A stretch of 16,663 bases of DNA from an uncultured Nitrososphaerota archaeon (GCA_964636085.1 CAZWPQ010000036.1:3859-20521), one strand, 5' to 3'. Shown: positions 8,074-16,597, counted from the first letter of the stretch. Notes: generated by a model from the sequence alone, not told the origin. Program-made: numbers and translations.

Positions 8074-9838
8074 GGGAATCATAGTATATGTGGAGATTGG
8101 AGACATAGTTAGGATACATATTAGGAGGGGGGAGAACAAGGACATTATAGAGCTTCCATTCTTCCCAGTAATATATGTGAGGGAGAGAGATTTCTATAGG
8201 TTCGAGAAGATTTTTGGAGATATAATTATCGACACCGAATACTCGAGCTCCTCGATAGGGTTTAGTGAGAGATGCCCAGTTGTTGGGATAAAGGTCTCCT
8301 ATAACGACTATTTAAGGCTTAGGAGGATATATAGAATGTTGTCGTTCGAAATATTCCACCTAGACATGTACATAGAGCATATGGTTGTGAGGGTGCCATC
8401 ACTAAACCCCGTGGATCTAAAAATCAAAGACGGGAAAATATGTGGGGAATATCTCTGGGGAATAAGACCAGAGGTTCCTCCAGAGCTCAAGATATATTAT
8501 GTATATAGGGGGAGGAATATGTGGTTTATAGAGGATATTCATGGCTACAAGGAAACATTCGCATCCCTCATGGATTTTCTAGAGGAACATAGCCCAGACA
8601 TAGTGATATCCAAACATAGGATACCGGGCGAAGATATACTTAAGATACACCCAGAGGACACCAAATATGGAATTGAAGGGATTCTAGAGAAGGCATACTT
8701 CACATATGCAATGCCGAAAAGACTTGTGTCACTCACAATAGGGAATGCCGTCGAATCAAGACAGACACACTTCGCACTTGAGCGGGGCATTATACTTCCC
8801 CAAAAGGAGAACCCCAATACATATCTCGGCGACATAGATACGTATAAGAGTGTGGATGTTGGTGGGCTAATAATGACCCCTGACCCAGGCATATATGAAA
8901 ATGTGGTTGCCCTCGACTTTACTTCTCTATTCCCACATATAATTGTGAGATACAATATTTCATACGAGAACACCTTTCTAGATGGAGTGAGAAATATGGG
9001 TGGAGTTGGTTTTTTACCCAGCATCGTGGCCGAGCCCCTTGAAAGAAGGAAAATCTTCAAAAAAATGGACAATATACATGCAAGAAATAGGGCTAGGATG
9101 CTTAAACTGCTACTAGTGAGTTGCTATGGATATGCGGGCAAATCAGATAACAGGTTTGGAAACTTCCTAATAAACTTCTGGATAAACAAGTACTCCAGAG
9201 AAATCCTGCTCTCAGTAATAGATAAGGCTAAGAGCCTAGGATTCAGAGTACTCTATGCAGACACAGACTCCATATTTATCCAAGGTAGTCGAGAAAAAAT
9301 TCGTCTCATAGTCAAATATGCAGAGGAATTAGGCTTTCCCCTAGTAGTAGAATACGACTTCAAAAAGATCGCATTTATAAGGGGCAGAGACGGCAGGCCT
9401 GTTGTAAAGAGGTACTATGGCATAACCCGTGATGGAAATATCGTGATAAAGGGATTGATGGCTGTAAGGAGTAATGTCCCAAGGATCGTAAGGATATTTC
9501 AGAGAGAACTGATATGGTGCATCTTGACCAAAAACACTGTGCCGGAGAGCTTACTTGAGGAGTATGTCGAAAAAATAATCAGAAATCCAGATATATCCGA
9601 ACTCAGAGCGGTAGTTAGATTTGGAAAGAATGCTGCAGAGTATAAGAACAACTCCTGGATCGCTAGACTAGCCTGGGGGTCTAAGGCTAAGAGGGGAGAA
9701 AAGCTGGAGATACTATATACGCAAACTGGAGCAGTACCATATAGATTGAAAAAATACAGCATACGCAAATATATATCACTACTACAAGCAGCATACCAAG
9801 AAGCAACATCATGTCTAACAAATATATACAAATTATAG
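8057..9838 (+). CDS. polB2: Family B DNA polymerase, PolB2 group, lacking a recognisable proofreading exonuclease
   Basis: GGLIMTPDPGIYENVVALDFTSLFPHIIVRYNISYE (region II), RARMLKLLLVSCYGYAG (region III with the PolB2-type V in place of N), YADTDS (region I), KRYYG, IKGL. No DIE ExoI motif. ATG 8066 is an alternative start. Confidence 0.9.
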   Translation: MIGMIRGIIVYVEIGDIVRIHIRRGENKDIIELPFFPVIYVRERDFYRFEKIFGDIIIDTEYSSSSIGFSERCPVVGIKVSYNDYLRLRRIYRMLSFEIFHLDMYIEHMVVRVPSLNPVDLKIKDGKICGEYLWGIRPEVPPELKIYYVYRGRNMWFIEDIHGYKETFASLMDFLEEHSPDIVISKHRIPGEDILKIHPEDTKYGIEGILEKAYFTYAMPKRLVSLTIGNAVESRQTHFALERGIILPQKENPNTYLGDIDTYKSVDVGGLIMTPDPGIYENVVALDFTSLFPHIIVRYNISYENTFLDGVRNMGGVGFLPSIVAEPLERRKIFKKMDNIHARNRARMLKLLLVSCYGYAGKSDNRFGNFLINFWINKYSREILLSVIDKAKSLGFRVLYADTDSIFIQGSREKIRLIVKYAEELGFPLVVEYDFKKIAFIRGRDGRPVVKRYYGITRDGNIVIKGLMAVRSNVPRIVRIFQRELIWCILTKNTVPESLLEEYVEKIIRNPDISELRAVVRFGKNAAEYKNNSWIARLAWGSKAKRGEKLEILYTQTGAVPYRLKKYSIRKYISLLQAAYQEATSCLTNIYKL

Positions 9839-10382
9839 GTGATAGAGAAAGGCAAGGCAATCAAGAGGCAAAGGGAACGGCCGTATATATGCTATCTATA
9901 ATACATAGTCCCTTCTCAGCCTCAGAGAAATACAATACTATATATGCAAAAATTAATGGCATTTTTTCTCGGCGTGCTCAGTTTTGATAGGTACTAATTT
10001 TGCATTAGTGTTTGTAAGGGGGACATAGACTTATTATTTCAACTAAGCGAATACTATCATAGTGAAACCCCATAAAACAATACATATTCTCGAATTGGAT
10101 GAAATTGATTATCTAATGTATTTCTTATCTATAATGGATGCCTAATTTAGGAGCTCAGTACTTTCTGTTTTGAATATTGGTTGTCTATGAATGGTTATAC
10201 ATTGATATTTTTATTTGTGTTTACCTGATATTCGGGCTGTTTTCATTTGGTTTTTGCCATTCTTTTATAAATAGAAGTCATTCTATCCAATAAAGCACCA
10301 AAAGCATGTGCGTTTTTTATGCAGGTCCCCAGAAAAAACTTTGTAGGATCAATTTAATATGTCTATGCAATCTACTATCTCC

Positions 10383-10592
10383 CTAGACTACGGAATGGAG
10401 CATCATGACTCCAAAGTATAGCATGGCTAAACCTAATAGAAGAATAAATATTCTGTAGCCCCGGCCTCCCCCCATGAATCTTTTTCCCAACTTCGCCAAT
10501 TGTGTTATAGCTATAAGCCAAGCGAAATCAATCCATACATGTGCAATATACATTAGCACTATGTCCATGTAGCCCCCATAGGTATATGCTTC
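10383..10592 (-). pseudogene. Diverged copy of the 3' third of the LysE-family gene at 11457-12086
   Basis: EAYTYGGYMDIVLMYIAHVWIDFAWLIAITQLAKLGKRFMGGGRGYRIF... aligns with EAYAYGGYLGIILMYLAHVWIDFAWLIAITQLAKSGKKFMKGMGYRIF...; no N-terminal part is present. Confidence 0.88.
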
Positions 10593-10678
10593 TTTAATTC
10601 TTAGAAAATATGGACATTTGATTTCTACTTGGGCTGTTTGTTTTATGTATTTATTTTCAAATTTTAGAATCTTGAATA

Positions 10679-10711
10679 TTGTATACTTTTATATTTGTGT
10701 AGTTGTATACT
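10679..10711 (+). promoter_or_regulatory. vapBC promoter: TATA-like box flanked by two TTGTATACT boxes (putative autoregulatory operator)
   Basis: TTGTATACT at 10679-10687 and 10703-10711, each with a palindromic GTATAC core, around TTTTATAT (10687-10694); GGTGA RBS at 10721-10725. Confidence 0.6.
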
Positions 10712-10730
10712 AATTATAAGGGTGATAAAA

Positions 10731-11000
10731 ATGGTGACTTTAAGGATTAGTGATGAGGTAAATAGAAAATTGGAGCAATTTTTAGCATGGCTTTTGATAC
10801 GGAAAGGCGTTAAAATCGACAAGAAAAAATTTGTTGAGAATGCAATACTATATGTAATTCATGATGAGAAATTCATAGAGAAAATCGTTGGCGATACTGT
10901 GCCTCTAGAGAAGGATCCCGCATGGGTTCTTCTTGATAAGCCAAAGAGTTGGGGCATAGAGGATTCATCCACAAAAATAGATGAATACCTTTATGGGTGA
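10731..11000 (+). CDS. vapB: Putative antitoxin with N-terminal RHH/CopG-like DNA-binding region
   Basis: MVTLRISDEVNRKLEQ (strand-helix); acidic C-terminus EDSSTKIDEYLYG typical of archaeal VapB; ATG 10731 after GGTGA; GTGA overlap with the PIN gene. Confidence 0.75.
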   Translation: MVTLRISDEVNRKLEQFLAWLLIRKGVKIDKKKFVENAILYVIHDEKFIEKIVGDTVPLEKDPAWVLLDKPKSWGIEDSSTKIDEYLYG

Positions 11001-11416
11001 CTGTATTGGGGGTCTTCATTGATACTGGAGTTTTTGTAGCTTTAAGAAATAAAGATGATAAATACCACAAAAAAGCAAAAAAGCTAATGCGGAAGGCGCT
11101 TAAGGGAGAATTCGGGGTTATATATACATCTGACTATATCTTTGATGAGGCGGTCACTCTTGCGTTAGTTAGGACAAAAAGAATAGATCTAGCCATCGAT
11201 GTCGGCAACTATATATTATCGTCTCCTAGAATAAAAATGGTTTTTGTAGATCAGTCTATATTTATGGAGGCATGGGAGGTAATTCAAAAATATGGTAGTA
11301 GACAGTTTAGCTTTACTGACGCTACAACTATCGCAATAATGCAACGCTACGGAATAATATATCTCATGACTTTTGACAATAGATTTAAAGGCGTAGTTAC
11401 AATTGTCGAGGAGTAA
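10997..11416 (+). CDS. vapC: PIN-domain ribonuclease toxin
   Basis: VFIDTGVFVA, DKYHKKA, YIFDEAVT, FSFTDATTIAIM and LMTFDNRF give the full acidic PIN set. Confidence 0.93.
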   Translation: MTVLGVFIDTGVFVALRNKDDKYHKKAKKLMRKALKGEFGVIYTSDYIFDEAVTLALVRTKRIDLAIDVGNYILSSPRIKMVFVDQSIFMEAWEVIQKYGSRQFSFTDATTIAIMQRYGIIYLMTFDNRFKGVVTIVEE

Positions 11417-11456
11417 AGAAGTTCTTATACTCCTAAAATGCAACCTGCCTATCTTC

Positions 11457-12086
11457 CTAAGCTATGGAAAGGAGCATTATAACTCCAAAATATAGTAGGG
11501 CTAAGCCTAGTAGAAGAAGAAATATTCTGTAGCCCATACCCTTCATGAATTTTTTCCCTGACTTTGCCAGTTGTGTGATAGCTATAAGCCAAGCAAAATC
11601 TATCCATACATGTGCAAGATACATTAATATTATGCCTAGATATCCCCCATAAGCGTATGCCTCAATTGCAAGAGGAGCCCCCACACCGATCCACCAAACT
11701 ATGAAGAATGGATTAAATGCGGATAAGTTAAAGCCCAGCATAAACGACGATCCAAAAATCCTTCCCTCAGAGCAGTTAGCATTAAATACCCGGGCTCCGC
11801 GTAGAGCGTCCTTAAGTATGAGGGCTCCAAATGCTAAGATGAAAAGCCCTCCAAAGATACCAATGATAAAAATAGCTAGATCATTCGTAAGAAAAACGGC
11901 TATTCCTACACCTATGAGCACGACCAATGGAAATTCCGCAACCATATGGCCTAAGGACGCAAAAAAACCAGCCCTACCACCCTCATCGAGACCTTTTCTC
12001 ATTATACTTATAGTCAAAGGCCCTGGGCTGAATGCTCCAGAGCTTGTTATAATCATAACTTTCAACAAAAAACTAATGGGAAGCAA
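11457..12086 (-). CDS. LysE-family translocator
   Basis: SGAFSPGPLT, AGFFASLGH, LSAFNPFFIVWWIGVG and six hydrophobic segments; GGTGA RBS upstream of the TTG. Confidence 0.9.
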   Translation of the reverse strand: MLPISFLLKVMIITSSGAFSPGPLTISIMRKGLDEGGRAGFFASLGHMVAEFPLVVLIGVGIAVFLTNDLAIFIIGIFGGLFILAFGALILKDALRGARVFNANCSEGRIFGSSFMLGFNLSAFNPFFIVWWIGVGAPLAIEAYAYGGYLGIILMYLAHVWIDFAWLIAITQLAKSGKKFMKGMGYRIFLLLLGLALLYFGVIMLLSIA

Positions 12087-12217
12087 AATATATCACCCAC
12101 GCCAGTTTAAGGAATTTTTCTCTAATTTCAAAGTATGCATTTACGACCCTGATAAGGATTCTTCGCTTTAATAGCTGTTTTTGTGATGTAGAGGATACTT
12201 TTACGAGCATTAGCTTT

Positions 12218-14365
12218 TCAAATGATTTGACTTAGATTTTTATTTCTAGTAGTTGTTTTAGGTTCCCGATATCTTTTCTTGAGTTCTAATGCTTTTTTAT
12301 GAAACCCATATCTTTCCCATGTTTTTATTATGCTTCCAACTATCTGTTTTGCATATTGTATATACTCTTCTTTGCCTAGAATTTTTCCAGCTTTGATCAG
12401 CAATTCGACTATGCTTTCGCCAATTAATGCGAATTCATCCGCATATTTCTCGAAGTCTATAACTGCAATTTTGCACAGACATAACACAAGCCTCGTGAAG
12501 TACTCTAGTTCTATAGGATCTATTTCCTCCATTATGCTAGAAACATAGAAGGAAAATGTTGTTATTGCCTCCCTACTTATCTTGCCCTGAGATAAAAGCC
12601 ATTTGTAGATGTCGGCTAGAATGTTTATGCACTTCCTAACAACTAGTACTCTCTTTTCATATTTTAAAAGCTTCAGTGCAAGCGCTGCAAGCGTGACAAC
12701 TAAGTTCGTAGCAAATGCAGCGAAATTATACGGCAGTACTCTCTTCCAACTCTCTATTAAACGAACATCAAGTACCTTCATCACTGTATAGATAATGCCA
12801 AGTTCTTCCTCATAAAACTCATTTAGGCTCGTTAGGATTGGGCTTATAAATGCTGTCGTAGTAGTAATAAATGGGAAGGATATACCTATTTTAGGGTTTT
12901 CACTCGTTATAATATCTAGCACATCTTTAAGAATGTCTTGGATCTGTTTAGTATAGCGTAGTTTGTCCTCCATAGTCGATGTTTGAGTGAGAATGGTGAC
13001 TGCGACAGCAACACTCTGAAAAACACTAACGCATGTTGATGCAAAGATCGGTATTTTTTTCCTTAGGATCGGCCTAAAATATTTAGAATAGATATGTAGT
13101 ATTCTGCGGGAAATTTTTCTTCTCTCTCTAAGATTCAATACAGGGGATAGGAGGAGCATTGAAAGTAGTAAGAGGTATGTGTCTATATTAATGGATGCTA
13201 TGAGAGTTTCTGTATCGACTTTAGTGTTTCTGGTGGCTAAAGATCCATAGCTATTGGAAGTAGCGCTAAGTATTTTATTTAGAGCTTTAAACGTCATTCT
13301 TATTTTTCCTTGCCATCTATTTATTTCGTCTTTTATTTCATCATATTTGGTAATAGAATATATCTTTTTGATGATGTTGTGACGCTCGATAATTGACCCT
13401 ATGTAAGTAGATATAGCCTTAGACCTTGGCCTAAAGTATTTTTCTAATCTTGTGGAGAACTCTGGGAAAAACCTTAATGGGGAATCCACAAACAAGAAAG
13501 ATAGAAACAATGTTTCCTTTTTATCCTCGAATTTGAAGTGGCTTATCGCCTTACGAAAGGCTTGAATATAGTCCAGCAGAGATATACTCTGGTCTCTAAA
13601 CCTTACCGCTTGTGAGATAAAGTTGGCAAATATGTTGTCTTGAGGCAACTCATCTGTTAGATTTTTGAGTTCATCCAAGGCGGGAGAAGCCTTAGCAATC
13701 ATCGAGGCCGACAATAGGCCCATTTTAATACCGAACATTTTTTCAACTACATCCCTCGAGTCTATGCTTAATGCACAGGCGGTTTCGAAATCGCAGTTAA
13801 ATGCAGACTTTATAGCAGATTCGGAAATTTTGGATACTCCTTTTTTCAATCTAAACCATTTTTTCTTAAAATTTTCTGTGGATTCATAGATAGCTCTATC
13901 AATCCTATTTATGAGTTCTGACAATTTAGGGTTCAAGTTTATGGCCTCCAGTATCGGATCCCATATATCAGTAAGTATATCCATTATGTTTGGCTTTAAG
14001 GAGCTCTCTATATACATATCTAATATTCTGCCAATTCTGTCGGAAAGTCTATTATCGACTAATCCATCAAACATTTTTATGTCCGATCGATCTATCTCTT
14101 CTGCTATTATCTTAAGCAAGCTCTCAATATATTCCTCAGCACTATCAGTTAGAGCGACAACGACATATTTCTTCTTAGACTCAACCACTATTAGCTTATC
14201 TCCATTCAATTCTAGTTTCCTTACTTCGCTACGACCAATAACTGAGGATAAAGCCCTAATCGCTTCGACCAAACAAATTAACAATCTTTCATTTAATATA
14301 TCGGCAAAGCTCTTAATTTTAACTATTATACCCCCCTCCCCTAACACCCCAAGAAGTTTAATCAA
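12218..14365 (-). CDS. Large protein with an N-terminal longin-like domain and an alpha-helical (solenoid/TPR-like) C-terminal region
   Basis: The first ~120 aa (IKLLGVLGEGGIIV...LLICLVEAIRALSSVIGRSEVRKLELNGDKLIVVESKKKYVVVALTD...LLKIIAEEID...FDG) follow the beta-beta-alpha-beta-beta-beta-alpha-alpha longin pattern; the rest looks helical. Likely start is TTG 14365 after GGTGA; the ORF track gives 14377. Confidence 0.65.
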   Translation of the reverse strand: MIKLLGVLGEGGIIVKIKSFADILNERLLICLVEAIRALSSVIGRSEVRKLELNGDKLIVVESKKKYVVVALTDSAEEYIESLLKIIAEEIDRSDIKMFDGLVDNRLSDRIGRILDMYIESSLKPNIMDILTDIWDPILEAINLNPKLSELINRIDRAIYESTENFKKKWFRLKKGVSKISESAIKSAFNCDFETACALSIDSRDVVEKMFGIKMGLLSASMIAKASPALDELKNLTDELPQDNIFANFISQAVRFRDQSISLLDYIQAFRKAISHFKFEDKKETLFLSFLFVDSPLRFFPEFSTRLEKYFRPRSKAISTYIGSIIERHNIIKKIYSITKYDEIKDEINRWQGKIRMTFKALNKILSATSNSYGSLATRNTKVDTETLIASINIDTYLLLLSMLLLSPVLNLRERRKISRRILHIYSKYFRPILRKKIPIFASTCVSVFQSVAVAVTILTQTSTMEDKLRYTKQIQDILKDVLDIITSENPKIGISFPFITTTTAFISPILTSLNEFYEEELGIIYTVMKVLDVRLIESWKRVLPYNFAAFATNLVVTLAALALKLLKYEKRVLVVRKCINILADIYKWLLSQGKISREAITTFSFYVSSIMEEIDPIELEYFTRLVLCLCKIAVIDFEKYADEFALIGESIVELLIKAGKILGKEEYIQYAKQIVGSIIKTWERYGFHKKALELKKRYREPKTTTRNKNLSQII

Positions 14366-14473
14366 ACACTTCACCAAAACTACTCATATATTTTACGATA
14401 ATATTTCCTTTAAATTTTTTTGACAACGTGAGATAATCTACTTTTATTAATTGATAGATACAAGGAAAAAGAG

Positions 14474-14547
14474 ATGACTGCCTATTGTGGGATATACTGC
14501 AGAAATGCGACTATCATACAGGAAAAATAAGAAACACGGTTGGTTAG
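14474..14547 (+). pseudogene. DUF3795-like Cys-rich protein N-terminal remnant
   Basis: MTAYCGIYCR, then after a 1-nt frameshift, CDYHTGKIRNTVG*; matches the AyCGlyCxxC start of DUF3795 proteins. Confidence 0.55.
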
Positions 14548-15085
14548 ATAGAAATTCGTTTGCTTCATATTTTGTTCCTTTCGTGTGTTGCTAAGTATAA
14601 ATGAATAAGTCATTCTTATGTGCTATTAATTGACTGTATAGGCTATACTAAGTTATCCCTATCCTAGAATTATTTCCTCTTAGGTGCTCGGCCCTCATAA
14701 TTTGCGAATTCCATGTTGATGGCAACATTCATTACCAAGATGACTACCAACCACGTGTCCGCTATTTAGCTAGTTTCATAGTACACCTAAGGTTCATATG
14801 AAGGAGAGGCCCAGTAAAATGGCAACGGATCTATGTTCTAGCTAAGAAACAAAGGAGATTTTGTATGGACAACTTGAGTGGTCTATAAATCTATTCTCGA
14901 CTATCAACCAATAAAGTTATAGGAGTGATTTTAATTTTCTTATAGGTATATAGATAGTGATAAGTATGTCGGAAGAAGTTAGAAAGACGGATCTTGAAAG
15001 ATTTTAACAAAACGTGCCTTAATTATTCCTAAGTATCAACGGTTTTTATGCTCATTATTAGGAGGGGCCCAGAGGTGCTTTATCA

Positions 15086-15358
15086 TTGCGTTTCCGCTTC
15101 ACTAGGCATGTGGAGGATAAGATCCAAACTGAGCTACTGAAGTTTGGTATCGATAAAATTGTTGTGATTGAGACTATTAGAAACCCTGACGAGACCCTGT
15201 ATGATACAAAAACTGGGAGATATATAGCAATTAATTATTCACGACGAATAGCCGTCATTTATGAGAGGAATTTAGAAATCTTAATAATAACCGTAATATA
15301 TTGTAGTATTATTGATAGATTGGTTTCGCGGAGAAAAAGATCGGGTCGATGGATATGA
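15086..15358 (+). CDS. DUF4258-like (RelE-fold) putative toxin
   Basis: FRFTRHVEDKI...GIDK..V.ETIRNPD...IAVIYE...ILIITVI; GAGGTG RBS at 15072-15077; paired with a DUF2283 gene. Confidence 0.78.
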   Translation: MRFRFTRHVEDKIQTELLKFGIDKIVVIETIRNPDETLYDTKTGRYIAINYSRRIAVIYERNLEILIITVIYCSIIDRLVSRRKRSGRWI

Positions 15359-15564
15359 GCAAAAGTATGGAGGAGAAAATCATCAGATACGATCCAGAGG
15401 CAGATATACTGGTGATTAAGATTGCTGAGGGACATCTACACGATGAGGTTCTCCTAGATAATGATGTGGTAATACAGTTTGATAAGGACGGGAAAATAAT
15501 AGGCATAGAAGTTTGGGATGCATCTAAAAGGGGCTTAAAAGAGATTAGTAGGCTACTAGAATAA
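15349..15564 (+). CDS. DUF2283 family protein (putative antitoxin)
   Basis: IRYDPEADILVIKI...DVVIQFDKDGKIIGIEVWDASK signature; ATG 15355 forms an ATGA overlap with the upstream stop. Confidence 0.88.
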   Translation: MDMSKSMEEKIIRYDPEADILVIKIAEGHLHDEVLLDNDVVIQFDKDGKIIGIEVWDASKRGLKEISRLLE

Positions 15565-15945
15565 GGAGTTTATGGATTATATAACTATTTACCAATTGTA
15601 TATATTATTATTATACAAGCGAGGAGACCATCCCTGTCTAAATATAGGCGCTGATGTCCCCTGTTTTTGTCTGCTCCTATCCACACATGGATCCTATAGC
15701 ATAGAGACCGCTAGGTCTTTTATACATCTAAAAGTAGCATTGATAAATATATCTGGAGCCCTAAGCATGCTAGAAAAAATAGTCTAAAGTTTATGCATCT
15801 CAATGACGCAAAGCAGTACAATCCCGGCCTTTATCAAACAACATTAATAAAGCAATACACATGGAACAGAATATAGAACAAACAAATTTCCATCACAAGC
15901 TATGAGCAAAGAGAGAATGCATGTAAGTTAAAAACCCAAACACAA

Positions 15946-16330
15946 AGTGTTGGTGTCTCTATAAGATGAAACATGAAAAGTCATGAGACACTCTTGGGAC
16001 ACCAACATTGCCTTTTGACACCACCGTTTATAGACAAATAAGCCACATGCGATGCAACAAATGATGTTGATTGTTTTAGGCCTGTCTCATATAGGACATT
16101 AGCACGAAACTTCAGGTGGAAAGCATTTCAGATACATGACACAAGTTTTGTTGTTGATTGTTAGGCTGGATATGGACACTATCTTCGATACATCTGCTTT
16201 TAATCATTAATTATGTTTAGTATGCGTTATTATCGTTCGTTCGTTGTTGAGTGTTTCGTTGAATGGGACAAGAGGAAAGTCATGGGACAGACAGAACAAA
16301 GAACATCAAGACCTAGATTTAACAGGGACA
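15946..16330. repeat. Non-coding block with a long inverted repeat and clustered ATGRGACA-like motifs
   Basis: TGTTGGTGTC (15948-15957) pairs with GACACCAACA (15998-16007); AAAGTCATG[A/G]GACA at 15977 and 16276; TGTTGATTGTT at 16065 and 16152; about eight ATGRGACA-like octamers. Confidence 0.55.
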
Positions 16331-16597
16331 GCCTCCATGAAAAAATTAAATTTTCTATCTGACGAAAGACATAAAGTCCTATAAAAAACAACTCTAAGAA
16401 ACTACTAGGAACTTTTAACCACCACTACACTCGTAGCCCCCCGAGAAATGAACCTAAGGGTTTCTATCCGCGACTATTGGGATTTGGATTAAGACTAACT
16501 ATGTGAAGAGGAAAAGAACCTAACTTTACGAGAAAATATTAACACATATTTGAGATCTAAAAGTAATATAGATAGAAAAAAATAACAAGTAAAATAC

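Larger units (their letters stand above)
10365..11663. repeat. Imperfect ~225-bp direct repeat (10365-10592 and 11438-11663) bracketing vapBC
   Basis: Shared blocks such as AAATATTCTGTAGCCC and ATAGCTATAAGCCAAGC...ATCCATACATGTGCAA; similarity continues ~18 nt past the stop codons (ATGCAA...TATCT). Confidence 0.85.

Noticed and set aside
8057-9838. PolB as a casposon, pipolin or viral replicase
   Set aside because: No Cas1, integrase, terminal inverted repeats, TPR1/TPR2 insertions or capsid genes; motifs and neighbours fit cellular PolB2.
7377-9864. Minus-strand ORFs 7377-7637, 8308-8490, 8545-9072 and 9499-9864
   Set aside because: Antisense shadows of the PolB2 operon.
9945-10075. GDIDLL in a broken + strand frame, as a possible second MNT remnant
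   Set aside because: No GS motif at the expected spacing; insufficient evidence.
10873-14423. ORFs 10873-11070, 11216-11443, 11701-12171, 12330-12548, 12609-12791, 13665-13889 and 13911-14423
   Set aside because: All antisense to well-supported genes.
15309-15787. ORFs 15309-15506 (-) and 15572-15787 (+)
   Set aside because: The first is antisense to DUF2283. The second has a plausible AGGAG upstream but an atypical composition and no motif, so it is left uncalled.
15966-15989. ATGA...AA...GA in the hairpin as a eukaryote/Loki-type SECIS, linked to the TGA at 294
   Set aside because: The upper helix is only 5 bp and out of register; no selenoprotein gene is upstream on that strand; the TGA is 15 kb away on the other strand in a non-redox context.
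15946-16330. CRISPR array or tRNA
   Set aside because: No 24-40-bp repeats at regular spacing, and no cloverleaf or TTCRA T-loop.
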